Assembly (NCBI GenBank): GCA_040003385.1
Contig: JBDUCQ010000001.1
Span: 11,811 to 75,810 of the forward strand
Direction: 5' to 3'
Length of the DNA: 64,000 bases
From: Ginsengibacter sp.
Lineage (GTDB): Bacteria; Bacteroidota; Bacteroidia; Chitinophagales; Chitinophagaceae
Below the pieces are notes generated by a model. The model was not told the DNA's origin, did not search any database, and was given only the letters and a program-made list of their open reading frames with translations. A program made the position numbers and the translations under genes. Shown here one piece after another: positions 40,118 through 49,659 of this stretch (position 1 is its first letter; each line of letters opens with the position of its first letter).

Positions 40118-42241
40118 TTAGTGAAATAAAATGTTTGAAGAAATTTCCTGTTTGCGGCCACCTTCCTGTTGTATAAAAACTTTCAGCCCATTATCACCGC
40201 CGCTGTCGTAATACAATACCTTTAAACGGTGTAATCCCTTCTTCAAAGCGGCACGCTTACTTTTTTCAACCATCCCATGATCACCATCATTGTTTACAAT
40301 TTCAATGTCATCAATAAATAATTTACTGCCATCGTCCGATTGAATAAAAAATGAATGAAAACCTGGCTGCTGAATATTAATATACCCCGTGAATTCAAAA
40401 GCAAATTTGTCCTTCCGTTTCTTTTGATCCGGAGAGATGGAACTGGCAACTCCCGAGCTTATGATTTTAGCCTTATCTATAGATGCCATGGTAATATCTC
40501 CCACGGGCTCAAAATATTTGTAAGCAATGCCGGGGCTAACACTTCCAACTTTAACCGCATCCATCCATTTATAAACAATCGCAGAGTCTGAAGCGGTGCT
40601 GCTCTGTAATTTACCGGGCTCAAAAGCTTTTGCTTTAATCATTTCCGAACCCTTTACATTCAACGGCCTGGTATAAATCAAAGAGCTTTCACCGGGGTCG
40701 GTATGATTGGTAGTATATCTTATTGTTCCATGTCCGGTAATGGTAACGACCGGGAGCATAGATCCTTTTTTGTACTCCATTTGTATTACCGGTTGTGTTG
40801 AGTATGCGCCATAATTATGGATACTCACAGCAAATGCATAAGGCGACCTGAAATTATTCGGGTCATATTCCGGAAGACTGATCGCAAGGTTCACGCCTTC
40901 CTGTTTCCATGAAAGTTCTTTCCCTGTTGATAGAAATGTAATTTTTGTGTCCAATGGCAGAATGGTGTTTTTCAATAACAATAGTTTGTCTTGCGGATAT
41001 TTTGGAAAAATTGCATAAAGGATATTTTTATTTGCATTGTAGGTATAGAAAATATTTTTTACGGCATAACCGCTGTCAGGGTTTACGGTCAGCTTCAACA
41101 TCGGGTCTTCATCCTTTTTCAACAGGTAACCCAATCTTCCTTCGCTCAGCTGGTAGGGGTTTTTCCAACGGCTGGAACCATAGATTGATTCTCCGTTCAC
41201 GGACAACCATTCACCCATTTGTAACAACCTTTCCTGCATGATGGGAGGGATCTTCCCATGTTCATCAGGTCCGATATCCAGTAAAAAATTTCCGCCGCGA
41301 CTTACCTTATCAATCAGTGCAATTATAAGCGATTGCGCAGAATTATAATCCCATGCATCTTCTTCACGGTTGTATCCGTACGAGCGTCCCATACCCCGGC
41401 TCTCTTCCCAATAATGGTTGTCGAAATCAACGTCTGGCTGGTATTCCGGTGTGAACACCAGCCCATGATGAAACCTGATGTTAGATCCCCACCGGTCGTA
41501 TGTTACCACACGATCTTTCACAGGACTTTCATTGTACATCCATTGTAAAAATTCTTTTGCCTTCCACACATCATCGCTCACTTCCCAATCACCGTCAGTC
41601 CAGAATACATCTGGACGGTAGTTATTGATCAGCTCTTTCATTTGCGGCCAAACATGCTGGCTCACATATTTGTTTTTGTCAGATTTCCATAGTGGGTTGA
41701 ACCATTCATACAGAGAATAATACATGCCCGGGTGTACCGATGTTTTTCTTACCGCATTAAAAAGATCCCCCAACAGATCGCGGTGAGGGCCAGCGTCTGC
41801 TGCGTTCCAGTTAAAACCCCAGTCACGGTTTGCCTCCTTATTTGGCCACAGGCAAAATCCATCGTGGTGTTTTGAGGTGAGTACAATATATTTTGCACCT
41901 GAAAGTTCAAAAAGCTTTGCCCATTCATCGGGGTTAAATAATTCTGCTTTAAATTGATCGGCGAGCTGGTAATAAGTGAGGTCGCCGAATTTTTTTTGGT
42001 GAAAGCTTTGCCTGGCGGTGTCTGTTGTTTGCAGGCCGTACTGGTACCACTCTGCATAATTTCCCTTGGTACTCCATCCCGGTACTGAATAAACACCCCA
42101 GTGAATAAAGATCCCAAACTTAGCATCTGTGTACCATTGAGGAACTGGGCGTGCATCAAGGCTTTGCCATGTAGGCTCATAATGTTGTGCAAAAGAAATG
42201 CTGCAGATAAAAAAGCTTAAACATGCGGCTGTTTTTTTCAT
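40118..42241 (-). CDS. Alpha-L-fucosidase (GH29) with C-terminal Fn3-like and PA14 domains
   Basis: WYTDAKFGIFIHWGVYSVP, TSKHHDGF, FWTDGDW, WEESRGMG, GGNFLLDIGP; C-terminal IRYTT and SDDGSKLFID...NDGDHG (PA14-like). Confidence 0.92.
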   Translation of the reverse strand: MKKTAACLSFFICSISFAQHYEPTWQSLDARPVPQWYTDAKFGIFIHWGVYSVPGWSTKGNYAEWYQYGLQTTDTARQSFHQKKFGDLTYYQLADQFKAELFNPDEWAKLFELSGAKYIVLTSKHHDGFCLWPNKEANRDWGFNWNAADAGPHRDLLGDLFNAVRKTSVHPGMYYSLYEWFNPLWKSDKNKYVSQHVWPQMKELINNYRPDVFWTDGDWEVSDDVWKAKEFLQWMYNESPVKDRVVTYDRWGSNIRFHHGLVFTPEYQPDVDFDNHYWEESRGMGRSYGYNREEDAWDYNSAQSLIIALIDKVSRGGNFLLDIGPDEHGKIPPIMQERLLQMGEWLSVNGESIYGSSRWKNPYQLSEGRLGYLLKKDEDPMLKLTVNPDSGYAVKNIFYTYNANKNILYAIFPKYPQDKLLLLKNTILPLDTKITFLSTGKELSWKQEGVNLAISLPEYDPNNFRSPYAFAVSIHNYGAYSTQPVIQMEYKKGSMLPVVTITGHGTIRYTTNHTDPGESSLIYTRPLNVKGSEMIKAKAFEPGKLQSSTASDSAIVYKWMDAVKVGSVSPGIAYKYFEPVGDITMASIDKAKIISSGVASSISPDQKKRKDKFAFEFTGYINIQQPGFHSFFIQSDDGSKLFIDDIEIVNNDGDHGMVEKSKRAALKKGLHRLKVLYYDSGGDNGLKVFIQQEGGRKQEISSNILFH

Positions 42242-42278
42242 AGAACAATATAAAAATATATTTATTCTTTATCGCCGT

Positions 42279-42887
42279 TTATGAGGGAGTGCCGGTAAAA
42301 ATACGTATCACTTTTACAAACCTGCCTTTATAATATTGATTCAATGGTGTAACGGTCACCCCATGTGCTTTGCCGGATGAAGAATGAATGAATTCAATCT
42401 GGCCATCCGCATTGGATACAATGATCCCCATATGGCCCACGAATCTTTCTGTACTGTCGGTGCCGGTAAATAAAATGATGTCGCCGTTTTTTGAATCCTG
42501 CACGGGGATTTCCTTACCTACGTGAGTGAAATCGATGGAAGACCGTGGCACCTTAATATTAAAATGGTTGAATACATAAGTAATGAACCCTGAGCAATCA
42601 AAACCTTTGGTGGGGTCGGTAGATGCATACAGGTAGGGAGTGCCGATGAGAGTTTTGGCAAAGCTTACAATATTGTCTGGCAAAACTCCTGATGTTTTTA
42701 CTTCAATAGATGGAAGGGTGTCGTGTACGATGATGGCATCGGCTGAAGTTTTTGCGGGTGGCGTGTCCCCGGATTTTATAGAATCTTTTTCAATAGCCAG
42801 GAGGGCGGGATCTTCTTTGCTGTGTTTTTCGAAACACCCTGCAAACGAATACAGCACGGCCATAATTAGAAAAAATTTTGCTGCCAT
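42279..42887 (-). CDS. NlpC/P60 (C40) peptidase, probable lipoprotein
   Basis: FAGC lipobox; GTPY, GFDCSG and GHMGI catalytic motifs. Confidence 0.9.
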   Translation of the reverse strand: MAAKFFLIMAVLYSFAGCFEKHSKEDPALLAIEKDSIKSGDTPPAKTSADAIIVHDTLPSIEVKTSGVLPDNIVSFAKTLIGTPYLYASTDPTKGFDCSGFITYVFNHFNIKVPRSSIDFTHVGKEIPVQDSKNGDIILFTGTDSTERFVGHMGIIVSNADGQIEFIHSSSGKAHGVTVTPLNQYYKGRFVKVIRIFTGTPS

Positions 42888-42973
42888 AGTTATTGAATTT
42901 GTATTTAAAATTAATCAAATTGCCTGTAGCATTTGCAGTAAATTTGCAGATAATCAGTAATCATACCAGTTTT

Positions 42974-44377
42974 ATGGAATACCGTATTGAGAAAGATACC
43001 ATGGGTGAGGTTAAAGTGCCTGCTGATGCATATTACGGAGCACAAACACAAAGGAGCATCGACAATTTCCAGATCGCGCAGGATATCAACCGGATGCCCA
43101 AAGAGATCATCAAAGCATTTGCCTACCTGAAAAAAGCAGCAGCTCTTACCAATGTAGATGCAGGAGTGTTGCCAAAAGAAAAAGCAGACCTGGTCGTAAA
43201 AGTTTGTGATGAGATTTTAGCAGGTAAGCTTGATGATTATTTCCCACTGGTAGTATGGCAAACCGGCAGCGGTACCCAAAGTAATATGAATGTGAACGAA
43301 GTGATCGCTTACCGCGCTCATGTACTCAATGGCGGCAAGCTTTCTGATAAAGAAAAGTTTCTGCATCCCAATGATGACGTCAACAAATCACAATCCAGCA
43401 ATGATACATTTCCCACGGCCATGCACATTGCTGCCTACAAAATATTGGCGGAGCTTACGATTCCGGGTATCGAAAAATTAAAGAATACACTTTCAGAAAA
43501 GTCTAAGGAATTCATGCACGTGGTGAAGATCGGGCGTACCCATTGTATGGATGCAACTCCATTGACTGTAGGTCAGGAATTCAGCGGCTATGTATCACAG
43601 TTAGATCACGGGTTGAGGTCAATAAAAAACTCGTTGCCGCATTTAAGCGAACTGGCATTGGGAGGAACTGCTGTGGGTACCGGCATCAATACACCACCCG
43701 GATATTCAGAAAATGTAGCGAAGACTATTGCTGAGCTCACGGGCCTTCCTTTCATCACAGCCGAAAATAAATTTGAAGCGCTCGCCGCTCATGATGCGAT
43801 CGTGGAAGCACATGGGGCACTAAAGACCGTAGCGGTGAGCCTGATGAAAATTGCCAACGACATCCGGTTGCTTTCTTCCGGTCCGCGAAGCGGCATCGGT
43901 GAAATATTTATTCCTGATAATGAACCCGGTTCTTCCATCATGCCTGGTAAAGTAAACCCTACACAATGTGAAGCATTGACGATGATCGTTGCCCAGGTGA
44001 TGGGAAATGATGTGGCCATAAGTATTGGGGGAGCTTCCGGTCATTTCGAGCTGAATGTTTTTAAGCCCGTGATGATCTATAATTTTCTTCACAGCGCAAG
44101 GTTGCTCGGTGATGGCTGCGTGAGCTTTAATGATAAGTGTGCGGTGGGCATAGAACCGATCACCAGCAATATTAAAAAAAACCTGGACAATTCATTGATG
44201 CTTGTAACCGCTCTCAATACAAAAATCGGTTATTACAAAGCCGCGGAGATAGCCCAGAAGGCTCATAAAGAAGGAAGCACCTTAAAAGAGATGGCCGTAA
44301 AATTGGGTTATGTAACTCCTGAACAATTTGATGAATGGGTAAAGCCGGAAGAGATGGTGGGTAAGTTATCATCCTGA
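42974..44377 (+). CDS. fumC: Class II fumarate hydratase
   Basis: [40 protein letters not shown]; start set at MEYRIEKD. Confidence 0.96.
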   Translation: MEYRIEKDTMGEVKVPADAYYGAQTQRSIDNFQIAQDINRMPKEIIKAFAYLKKAAALTNVDAGVLPKEKADLVVKVCDEILAGKLDDYFPLVVWQTGSGTQSNMNVNEVIAYRAHVLNGGKLSDKEKFLHPNDDVNKSQSSNDTFPTAMHIAAYKILAELTIPGIEKLKNTLSEKSKEFMHVVKIGRTHCMDATPLTVGQEFSGYVSQLDHGLRSIKNSLPHLSELALGGTAVGTGINTPPGYSENVAKTIAELTGLPFITAENKFEALAAHDAIVEAHGALKTVAVSLMKIANDIRLLSSGPRSGIGEIFIPDNEPGSSIMPGKVNPTQCEALTMIVAQVMGNDVAISIGGASGHFELNVFKPVMIYNFLHSARLLGDGCVSFNDKCAVGIEPITSNIKKNLDNSLMLVTALNTKIGYYKAAEIAQKAHKEGSTLKEMAVKLGYVTPEQFDEWVKPEEMVGKLSS

Positions 44378-44456
44378 GCCTGCCTGCCGGCAGGCAGGCT
44401 TGTCGAAGGAGTTTGTCGAAGGATGAGCTTGTCGAAGGATGAGCTTGACGAAGGGC
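44372..44456. repeat. REP family TCCTGAGCTTGTCGAAGGA: one copy interrupted by a perfect 20-bp palindrome plus three tandem partial copies
   Basis: TCCTGAG[CCTGCCTGCCGGCAGGCAGG]CTTGTCGAAGGA, then GTTTGTCGAAGGA, TGAGCTTGTCGAAGGA, TGAGCTTGACGAAGGG; uninterrupted copy at 45435-45453. Confidence 0.88.
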
Positions 44457-44480
44457 TTTTCCGGCAGTTGTTTTTCATAG

Positions 44481-44662
44481 CTCCCTCTTGGCGCAAGCGT
44501 CCGCTTGTGCCCGCATTGGCGGATACTCTCTCCCTCTTGGCGCAAGCGTCCGCTTGTGCCCGCATTGGCGGATACATCAGATAAAATTTCTTACTCGGAT
44601 TGATTTATCTTATTGAAGTTGGTAGATCTCAAGCTTCAGGCACAAGCGGCCGCTTTCGCCAA
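44481..44662. repeat. RAYT-flanking REPs (left side)
   Basis: A 46-bp unit containing GGCGCAAGCGTCCGCTTGTGCC occurs twice identically (44481-44526, 44530-44575); an inverted degenerate copy GCACAAGCGGCCGCTTTCGCCA lies at about 44640-44661. Confidence 0.88.
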
Positions 44663-44690
44663 GACTAAGCCAGACCTCATAAGATTGGTA

Positions 44691-45239
44691 TTAAATAATA
44701 AATGATAAATCTATTAATCCCTTTTTACCATAGAAATCTCCAGCACTGCTGTATAACCAATCTTCGGCTTTCTGGACAAATCCGGCCTCAACAGGATTAT
44801 CATGAATGTAGTTAAGAGTTTTATGAAACATCTCACTATTTAATATTTGAATTGGCTTATTGTGCTGTTGCCAAAATTGCCAGTCATTATTATTACTATT
44901 TTTAATTCCTGCTCGTTTCATCATCCAAACCATCCACTCTTTACGGCTTTCTCCAACATAATTTACTATTTGCTTTCGCATAGAGGTTGAAGTATGGCTT
45001 TTCATATCCCGTACAATAGTCTCTAATTTATTTTTATTACTACAAATTATCATATGCACATGGCTAGGCATAATTATCCACCCATAAATCTCAAGACCTT
45101 TATATGCCCGGCAATATTTCCAGCTTTCAATTAAAACATCTTTATATTCTCTCCGAATAAAAACATCAATCCAGTATACTACTGCATAACTAATAAAATA
45201 TAATTGATCACTTTCACCAAATTTATATTTTCGGCTCAC
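44691..45239 (-). mobile_element. REP-associated tyrosine transposase (RAYT/TnpA-REP, HUH Y1 family)
   Basis: GTG start giving MSRKYKF; HUH motif MPSHVHMI; FWQ and catalytic YIHDNPVEAG, WLYSSA; flanked on both sides by REP hairpins. Confidence 0.9.
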
Positions 45240-45327
45240 AACACAAAATAAAAAGTGTTTAAATCTTACACATGCAGTTCTCCTCCTTGGCAATAGTTTT
45301 AATATCTTCTTTTATTTTTAAAACCTC

Positions 45328-45605
45328 AGGCTTCAAGCACAAGCGGACGCTTGCGCCATGGTGGTGCCATGGTGGTGTAAAGCCGGAGGCTTCAAGCACA
45401 AGCGGACGCTTGCGCCATGGTGGGGAAGTTGGCATCCTGAGCTTGTCGAAGGATGTTTTTCCAACATTTGTTTTACATAGCATCTTCGTTGTGTCACTCA
45501 CTTGTACAACATACCTTTATTCGGCATTCTTACCTTGAGTGATTTATATCTTATTGAATTTGATAAATTTAAAGCTTCAGGCACAAGCGGAGGCTTGCGC
45601 TATGG
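45328..45605. repeat. RAYT-flanking REPs (right side)
   Basis: AGGCTTCAAGCACAAGCGGACGCTTGCGCCATGGTGG twice (45328-45364, 45387-45423), TCCTGAGCTTGTCGAAGGA (45435-45453), degenerate GGCACAAGCGGAGGCTTGCGC at about 45580-45600. Confidence 0.88.
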
Positions 45606-45725
45606 CTGGCCCGCTTGCGTCGAGGCTTGTGTTGAATGTTAAATATTTTCTTGAATATTCGTTGTAAATCACTTCAATTGTACGAAAAGAGGCACGACTT
45701 TGGCTATTCAACAATAAAACATTTT

Positions 45726-46121
45726 ATGTCTCAAAAAAACAAAAAACAATTTGGTGTATGGATGGATTCTCACCATGCAACAGTAGTAGGCAAGCTGGAT
45801 GCGGAAGCAAAGAATTTCAGCGTACTCGGACATTCTGAAAATGCCGGCGCTGATTTCAATACCAGTGAAAAAAATGCTCACAATGATGAAAAAACCTTGC
45901 AACACAAGTTTTTCAAGGAAATACTTCACTTTATGCAAAATGCTGAAGAAGTTCATTTAACAGGAACAGGCACCAGCCAGGAACAATTCATGCATTATAT
46001 GGCAGAAACTCCCCAGTTTAAAAATACCGTCACTGCTGAGAGCACTTCCAATAAAATGAGCGATGAGAACCTCGTTAAATATATCACTTCAAAGTTTGAG
46101 GAAGTGCCCGTGAATCATTAA
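45726..46121 (+). CDS. Hypothetical protein, possibly eRF1/host-attachment-like fold
   Basis: Start set at MSQKNKK; the GVWMD...FFKEI...EEVHLTGTG pattern resembles small bacterial eRF1-domain proteins (recalled similarity, not searched). Confidence 0.55.
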   Translation: MSQKNKKQFGVWMDSHHATVVGKLDAEAKNFSVLGHSENAGADFNTSEKNAHNDEKTLQHKFFKEILHFMQNAEEVHLTGTGTSQEQFMHYMAETPQFKNTVTAESTSNKMSDENLVKYITSKFEEVPVNH

Positions 46122-46169
46122 TATTTGAAAAGCAGGTATTGTTTTTGTTAGTCAGAAAAATAAAAACCA

Positions 46170-46706
46170 ATGGATAGCATCAACAAACAACAAAAGGAAA
46201 ATAATTTTCAAAACCTCGATGGAAGCGAAGGTGTAAAAAAGATCAGGGAACTGGTGGACAAATCTTCCACTTGCTTTTTTTGTACGGACATCGAAACCGG
46301 CAAGCCTTTTATTACACGCCCTATGGCTGTGCAAAAAGTTGACGATGATGGTGTGCTCTGGTTTTTGAGCGCCAATGATTCCCATAAAAATTATGAGATC
46401 AAATCTGATGACAAAGTTCAGTTACTGTTCCAGGGGTCAAGCTATTCAGATTTTCTCAATCTGTATGGCACTGCTACCGTAAATGAGGACAAGTCAAAAA
46501 TAAAGGAGCTATGGAAGCCAATCTTGAAAACGTGGTTTACCGGAGGAGTGGATGACCCGCGCATTTCAGTGATCAGGGTAGAGCCCACTGAAGGATATTA
46601 CTGGGATACCAAGCACAACATGGCAATAGGTATTGTAAAAAGACTGACAGGTGCTCTGATTGGCCAGACCATGGATGATTCTATTGAGGGTAATATTTCA
46701 ATGTAA
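46170..46706 (+). CDS. Pyridoxamine 5'-phosphate oxidase-like / general stress protein
   Basis: TRPMAVQ, LWFLS, LYGTA, WFTGGVDDPRI, YYWD motifs. Confidence 0.85.
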   Translation: MDSINKQQKENNFQNLDGSEGVKKIRELVDKSSTCFFCTDIETGKPFITRPMAVQKVDDDGVLWFLSANDSHKNYEIKSDDKVQLLFQGSSYSDFLNLYGTATVNEDKSKIKELWKPILKTWFTGGVDDPRISVIRVEPTEGYYWDTKHNMAIGIVKRLTGALIGQTMDDSIEGNISM

Positions 46707-46746
46707 ACCACCACTTTTTTCATACTAATTCCATTATAATTTCAAG

Positions 46747-46781
46747 CCAGGTCCCCGCTCAAAAACGGGGACTTGGTTTTT
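46747..46781 (+). terminator. Intrinsic terminator
   Basis: CCAGGTCCCCG-CTCAAAAA-CGGGGACTTGG-TTTTT. Confidence 0.8.
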
Positions 46782-46795
46782 ATGATCGTGATGGT

Positions 46796-46970
46796 TTCGA
46801 GGTCCTCGTTACAAACGAGGACCAGTAGTAGCCAGTAGTAGTTTTCACCCAATATCATTTATGTTCCGGTTAGTGAGCCGCGGGCACCCTGACTTCGAGG
46901 TCCTCGTTACAAATGAGGACCAGTTGGATACCAGTCGGGTGAGAGTTGCGGTTCGTGAGTCACGAACCGG
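46796..46970. repeat. Further REP-like hairpins: GGTCCTCGTTACAAA(C/T)GAGGACC x2 and CGGTTCGTGAGTCACGAACCG
   Basis: 46801-46823 and 46899-46921 (each preceded by TTCGA and followed by AG); palindrome at 46949-46969. Confidence 0.85.
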
Positions 46971-47002
46971 GGAACTGAGAATCAGTTAAGAGGAAAAAAA
47001 TA

Positions 47003-47653
47003 TCAATCTTCTATCTCATCCAAAACAGGTATTTCTTTCATAGCCTCAAGACGGATGATAAGAGCTGCCTTCGCTTTCTGCAATTCTTTTTCAGCATGGA
47101 TGATTTTATCCTTCAGCTTTCCCTTACCAAAAATTTTTGTATCATCAAGCTTCCGGTTCAATTCGTAGATCTCTGCTTCTGTTTCCATGATTTTTAACCG
47201 GCTGTAATAAGTAATGCTTTCACTCATATGTGCCAGTACAATCATAGCGGTTAAAAATGGATGGTTGCTTGTAACATTGGCATCTTTTATTCTTCCATGT
47301 TCCAGCTCAACCTTCAGGGCATAAGCGAATTCTTCCATATTCAGCTTTTCATAATTACTTTCAGGATCCATAAAAGCAGCAATTGAATCAACATTGGTTA
47401 ACCCGGTAAGGTCTACTTCGGAAGATTCATCTTTTTTCAGGTCTTTATAAACAAGATTACGAACAGCCCGCGCTTCTTCAATGTCAGGATCATTTTCAGG
47501 CTTTGTAAAATCCCTTTTGGTCCAGTCCCATTTATCCTGGTGAACGGGTTTGATCCACTTTTCACAAAAAGTCACTGCATCGCTGCCCAATGAAATAAAT
47601 TCGCCATCTTTTTTAATATACACACTATGATAAGTGCCTGGTTTGTCGCTCAT
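47003..47653 (-). CDS. Hypothetical protein with a DUF5661-like motif
   Basis: VELEHG...NVT...TAMIVLAHMSE...YYSRL..ME.E pattern; coiled-coil C-terminus. Confidence 0.6.
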   Translation of the reverse strand: MSDKPGTYHSVYIKKDGEFISLGSDAVTFCEKWIKPVHQDKWDWTKRDFTKPENDPDIEEARAVRNLVYKDLKKDESSEVDLTGLTNVDSIAAFMDPESNYEKLNMEEFAYALKVELEHGRIKDANVTSNHPFLTAMIVLAHMSESITYYSRLKIMETEAEIYELNRKLDDTKIFGKGKLKDKIIHAEKELQKAKAALIIRLEAMKEIPVLDEIED

Positions 47654-47718
47654 AAGAATGTTTTAAAATGAATAATTCAGAAAATAATATTTTCCCTTGC
47701 AGGAAAAAACCAACAACA

Positions 47719-49617
47719 TCACATTTCACCAAAGTTTTTAAGCCATTCCTTTGCATTTTCGGCCTCCGTAAAAAATTGGGTGGTGATCTGCCCCACCATA
47801 ATATCCAGGCTTTTGTGGGCGGCGAGCTTACTGAAAGTGCTGGGAGAATATATCCATGCAAAGAATTGCAATCCGGCTTTCTGCATCGCCGGGAACCACA
47901 CCGTTCCTCCCCAGTCTGCCGCCTCAGACCAATTTCCAAGAACATGGGTATTGTCGTTCAGCACTTTTGAACATTTATTTTTCTTCAGCAGGTCAAGCAT
48001 CACGAGGCATCCTTTTTTAACTGAATCGTAATTTTGAAATCCTATCCAATCTACTTCAAGCCATTTCTCCCTGCTGTTGTAATCTATAGTGATCTGCGAA
48101 TTATGATAAAAAGTTTCGCCGTCAGTTGAAACATTTCCCTCATTTTCTTGGTTTGCCAGTGGCAGCAAAAAATAAAATGTTGATCCTTTTCCAAATTCGC
48201 TTTCTATCCAGAAGCTCCCATTATGTGCTTTGATGATCTCAGATGAAATGTACAATCCCAATCCCAATCCCTGGAACTTCATAGACTTGTTATCAACACG
48301 GTAAAAACGATCGAAGATCTTACTGAGATTTTCCTTTTCTATCCCAATCCCAAAATCCTGAACAGAAACTACAAGGTTATTGAATTGTTGGGATGAACGT
48401 ACAATGATGGAGGTAGCATCGGGAGAATATTTTATGGCATTGTTTAGAAAGTTGCTGAAAACCTGTTCAAGGCGCAACCTGTCGCCATGATAAACCACAT
48501 CATCATTTGTATCAATGATTACCTGGTGCGCGGCTGCAGTAAGTTGTGCTCCTGATACACATTCTTCTACCAGCTCCTTAAAATTAAAATCAGTCTTGTC
48601 AAGCTGGAACTGCTGTTCTTCTATTTTCGAAACATTTAAAAAATCGCCAATCAGCTTTGTTAGCTTATTGATCTGTATATCCATTCGCTTCACGAGATCT
48701 GCATCTTCCCTATTTCCTTCCTGCTCGAACTTGAATTGAAGCAATTGCGCATACCCTTTTATGCTGGTTAAAGGTGTTTTCAATTCATGGGAAGCCATGC
48801 TGATGAACATATCCTTTCTTTCTTCATTCGCTTTGTGTACTTCGATATCTGTATTAGTGCCAAACCACTTTACCTGGTTGTTGTTCACAAAACTTGTGGC
48901 CCTGCCCAGGTGCCACCTGTATGATCCATCTTTCCCCCGCAGCCTGAATTCAACCTGGTAAGGTGTGAGGTCCTCCAAACTTTTTATCCACGTTTTTAAT
49001 ACAGATTCCAGGTCTCCAGGATGGATTACGTTTTGCCATCCTGCTCCTACAATTTCTTCTTCACTCTTGCCAAAATAATTTTTGGTAACCAGGTTCACAT
49101 AATCCAGCTCACCCTTTTGGTTCGCAGTCCATACCTGTTGTGGCATTACATCTGCAAGCTGCCTGAATTGTGTTTCACTTTCTTTCAGCGCTTCTTCTAT
49201 TTTTTTCTGACGATCTATGTTGGTAGAGGTTCCAACCCATTTTACGACTTCTCCCTTCTTGTTTTTTACAGGTACTGTCTTTCCCAGGAACCAGAAATAT
49301 TTTCCATCTGCATTTTTCATCCGGTATTCACCACTGAATTCTGTCTTACTCTCAAATGCCTTCTCCCATGTGCCTACAACATTTTGCCGATCATCGGAAT
49401 GGAATATTTTTGCCCACCCTCCTTCATTAACTGCTTCAATGCTTAGTCCTGTCCAGTCTAACCATTGTTTGTTAAGATATGCGAAAGTTCCATCAGGATT
49501 TATTTCCCAAACAATGTGGGGTATTGTATCAGTAATGAGCCTGAATCTTTGCTCACTTGTGCTGATTTCATCCAGGGAATTTTCTATATTGGTGACTTCC
49601 ATTTCTTGTCTGAGCAC
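47719..49617 (-). CDS. Cytoplasmic PAS-PAS sensor histidine kinase with a C-terminal STAS/SpoIIAA-like domain
   Basis: Two PAS/PAC repeats (SEQRFRLITDTIP, SETQFRQLADVMP); H-box ASHELKTPLT; NAIKYS, DFGIGI, GLGLGL, GKGSTF; extra about 130 aa (LEVDWIG...VLND...WFP...FAWI...AKEWL). Confidence 0.88.
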   Translation of the reverse strand: MLRQEMEVTNIENSLDEISTSEQRFRLITDTIPHIVWEINPDGTFAYLNKQWLDWTGLSIEAVNEGGWAKIFHSDDRQNVVGTWEKAFESKTEFSGEYRMKNADGKYFWFLGKTVPVKNKKGEVVKWVGTSTNIDRQKKIEEALKESETQFRQLADVMPQQVWTANQKGELDYVNLVTKNYFGKSEEEIVGAGWQNVIHPGDLESVLKTWIKSLEDLTPYQVEFRLRGKDGSYRWHLGRATSFVNNNQVKWFGTNTDIEVHKANEERKDMFISMASHELKTPLTSIKGYAQLLQFKFEQEGNREDADLVKRMDIQINKLTKLIGDFLNVSKIEEQQFQLDKTDFNFKELVEECVSGAQLTAAAHQVIIDTNDDVVYHGDRLRLEQVFSNFLNNAIKYSPDATSIIVRSSQQFNNLVVSVQDFGIGIEKENLSKIFDRFYRVDNKSMKFQGLGLGLYISSEIIKAHNGSFWIESEFGKGSTFYFLLPLANQENEGNVSTDGETFYHNSQITIDYNSREKWLEVDWIGFQNYDSVKKGCLVMLDLLKKNKCSKVLNDNTHVLGNWSEAADWGGTVWFPAMQKAGLQFFAWIYSPSTFSKLAAHKSLDIMVGQITTQFFTEAENAKEWLKNFGEM

Positions 49618-49659
49618 ATTTAATCATGCACGTGTCAACCGAAACAATTAAACCGTTGG

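Noticed and set aside
43923-43930. AACCCGGT inside fumC
   Set aside because: A single out-of-context occurrence in a different frame (E-P-G); compatible with chance.
44308-45538. ORFs 44308-44577(-), 45259-45501(-) and 45272-45538(+)
   Set aside because: They are composed largely of translated REP palindromes ([21 protein letters not shown]); not credible proteins.
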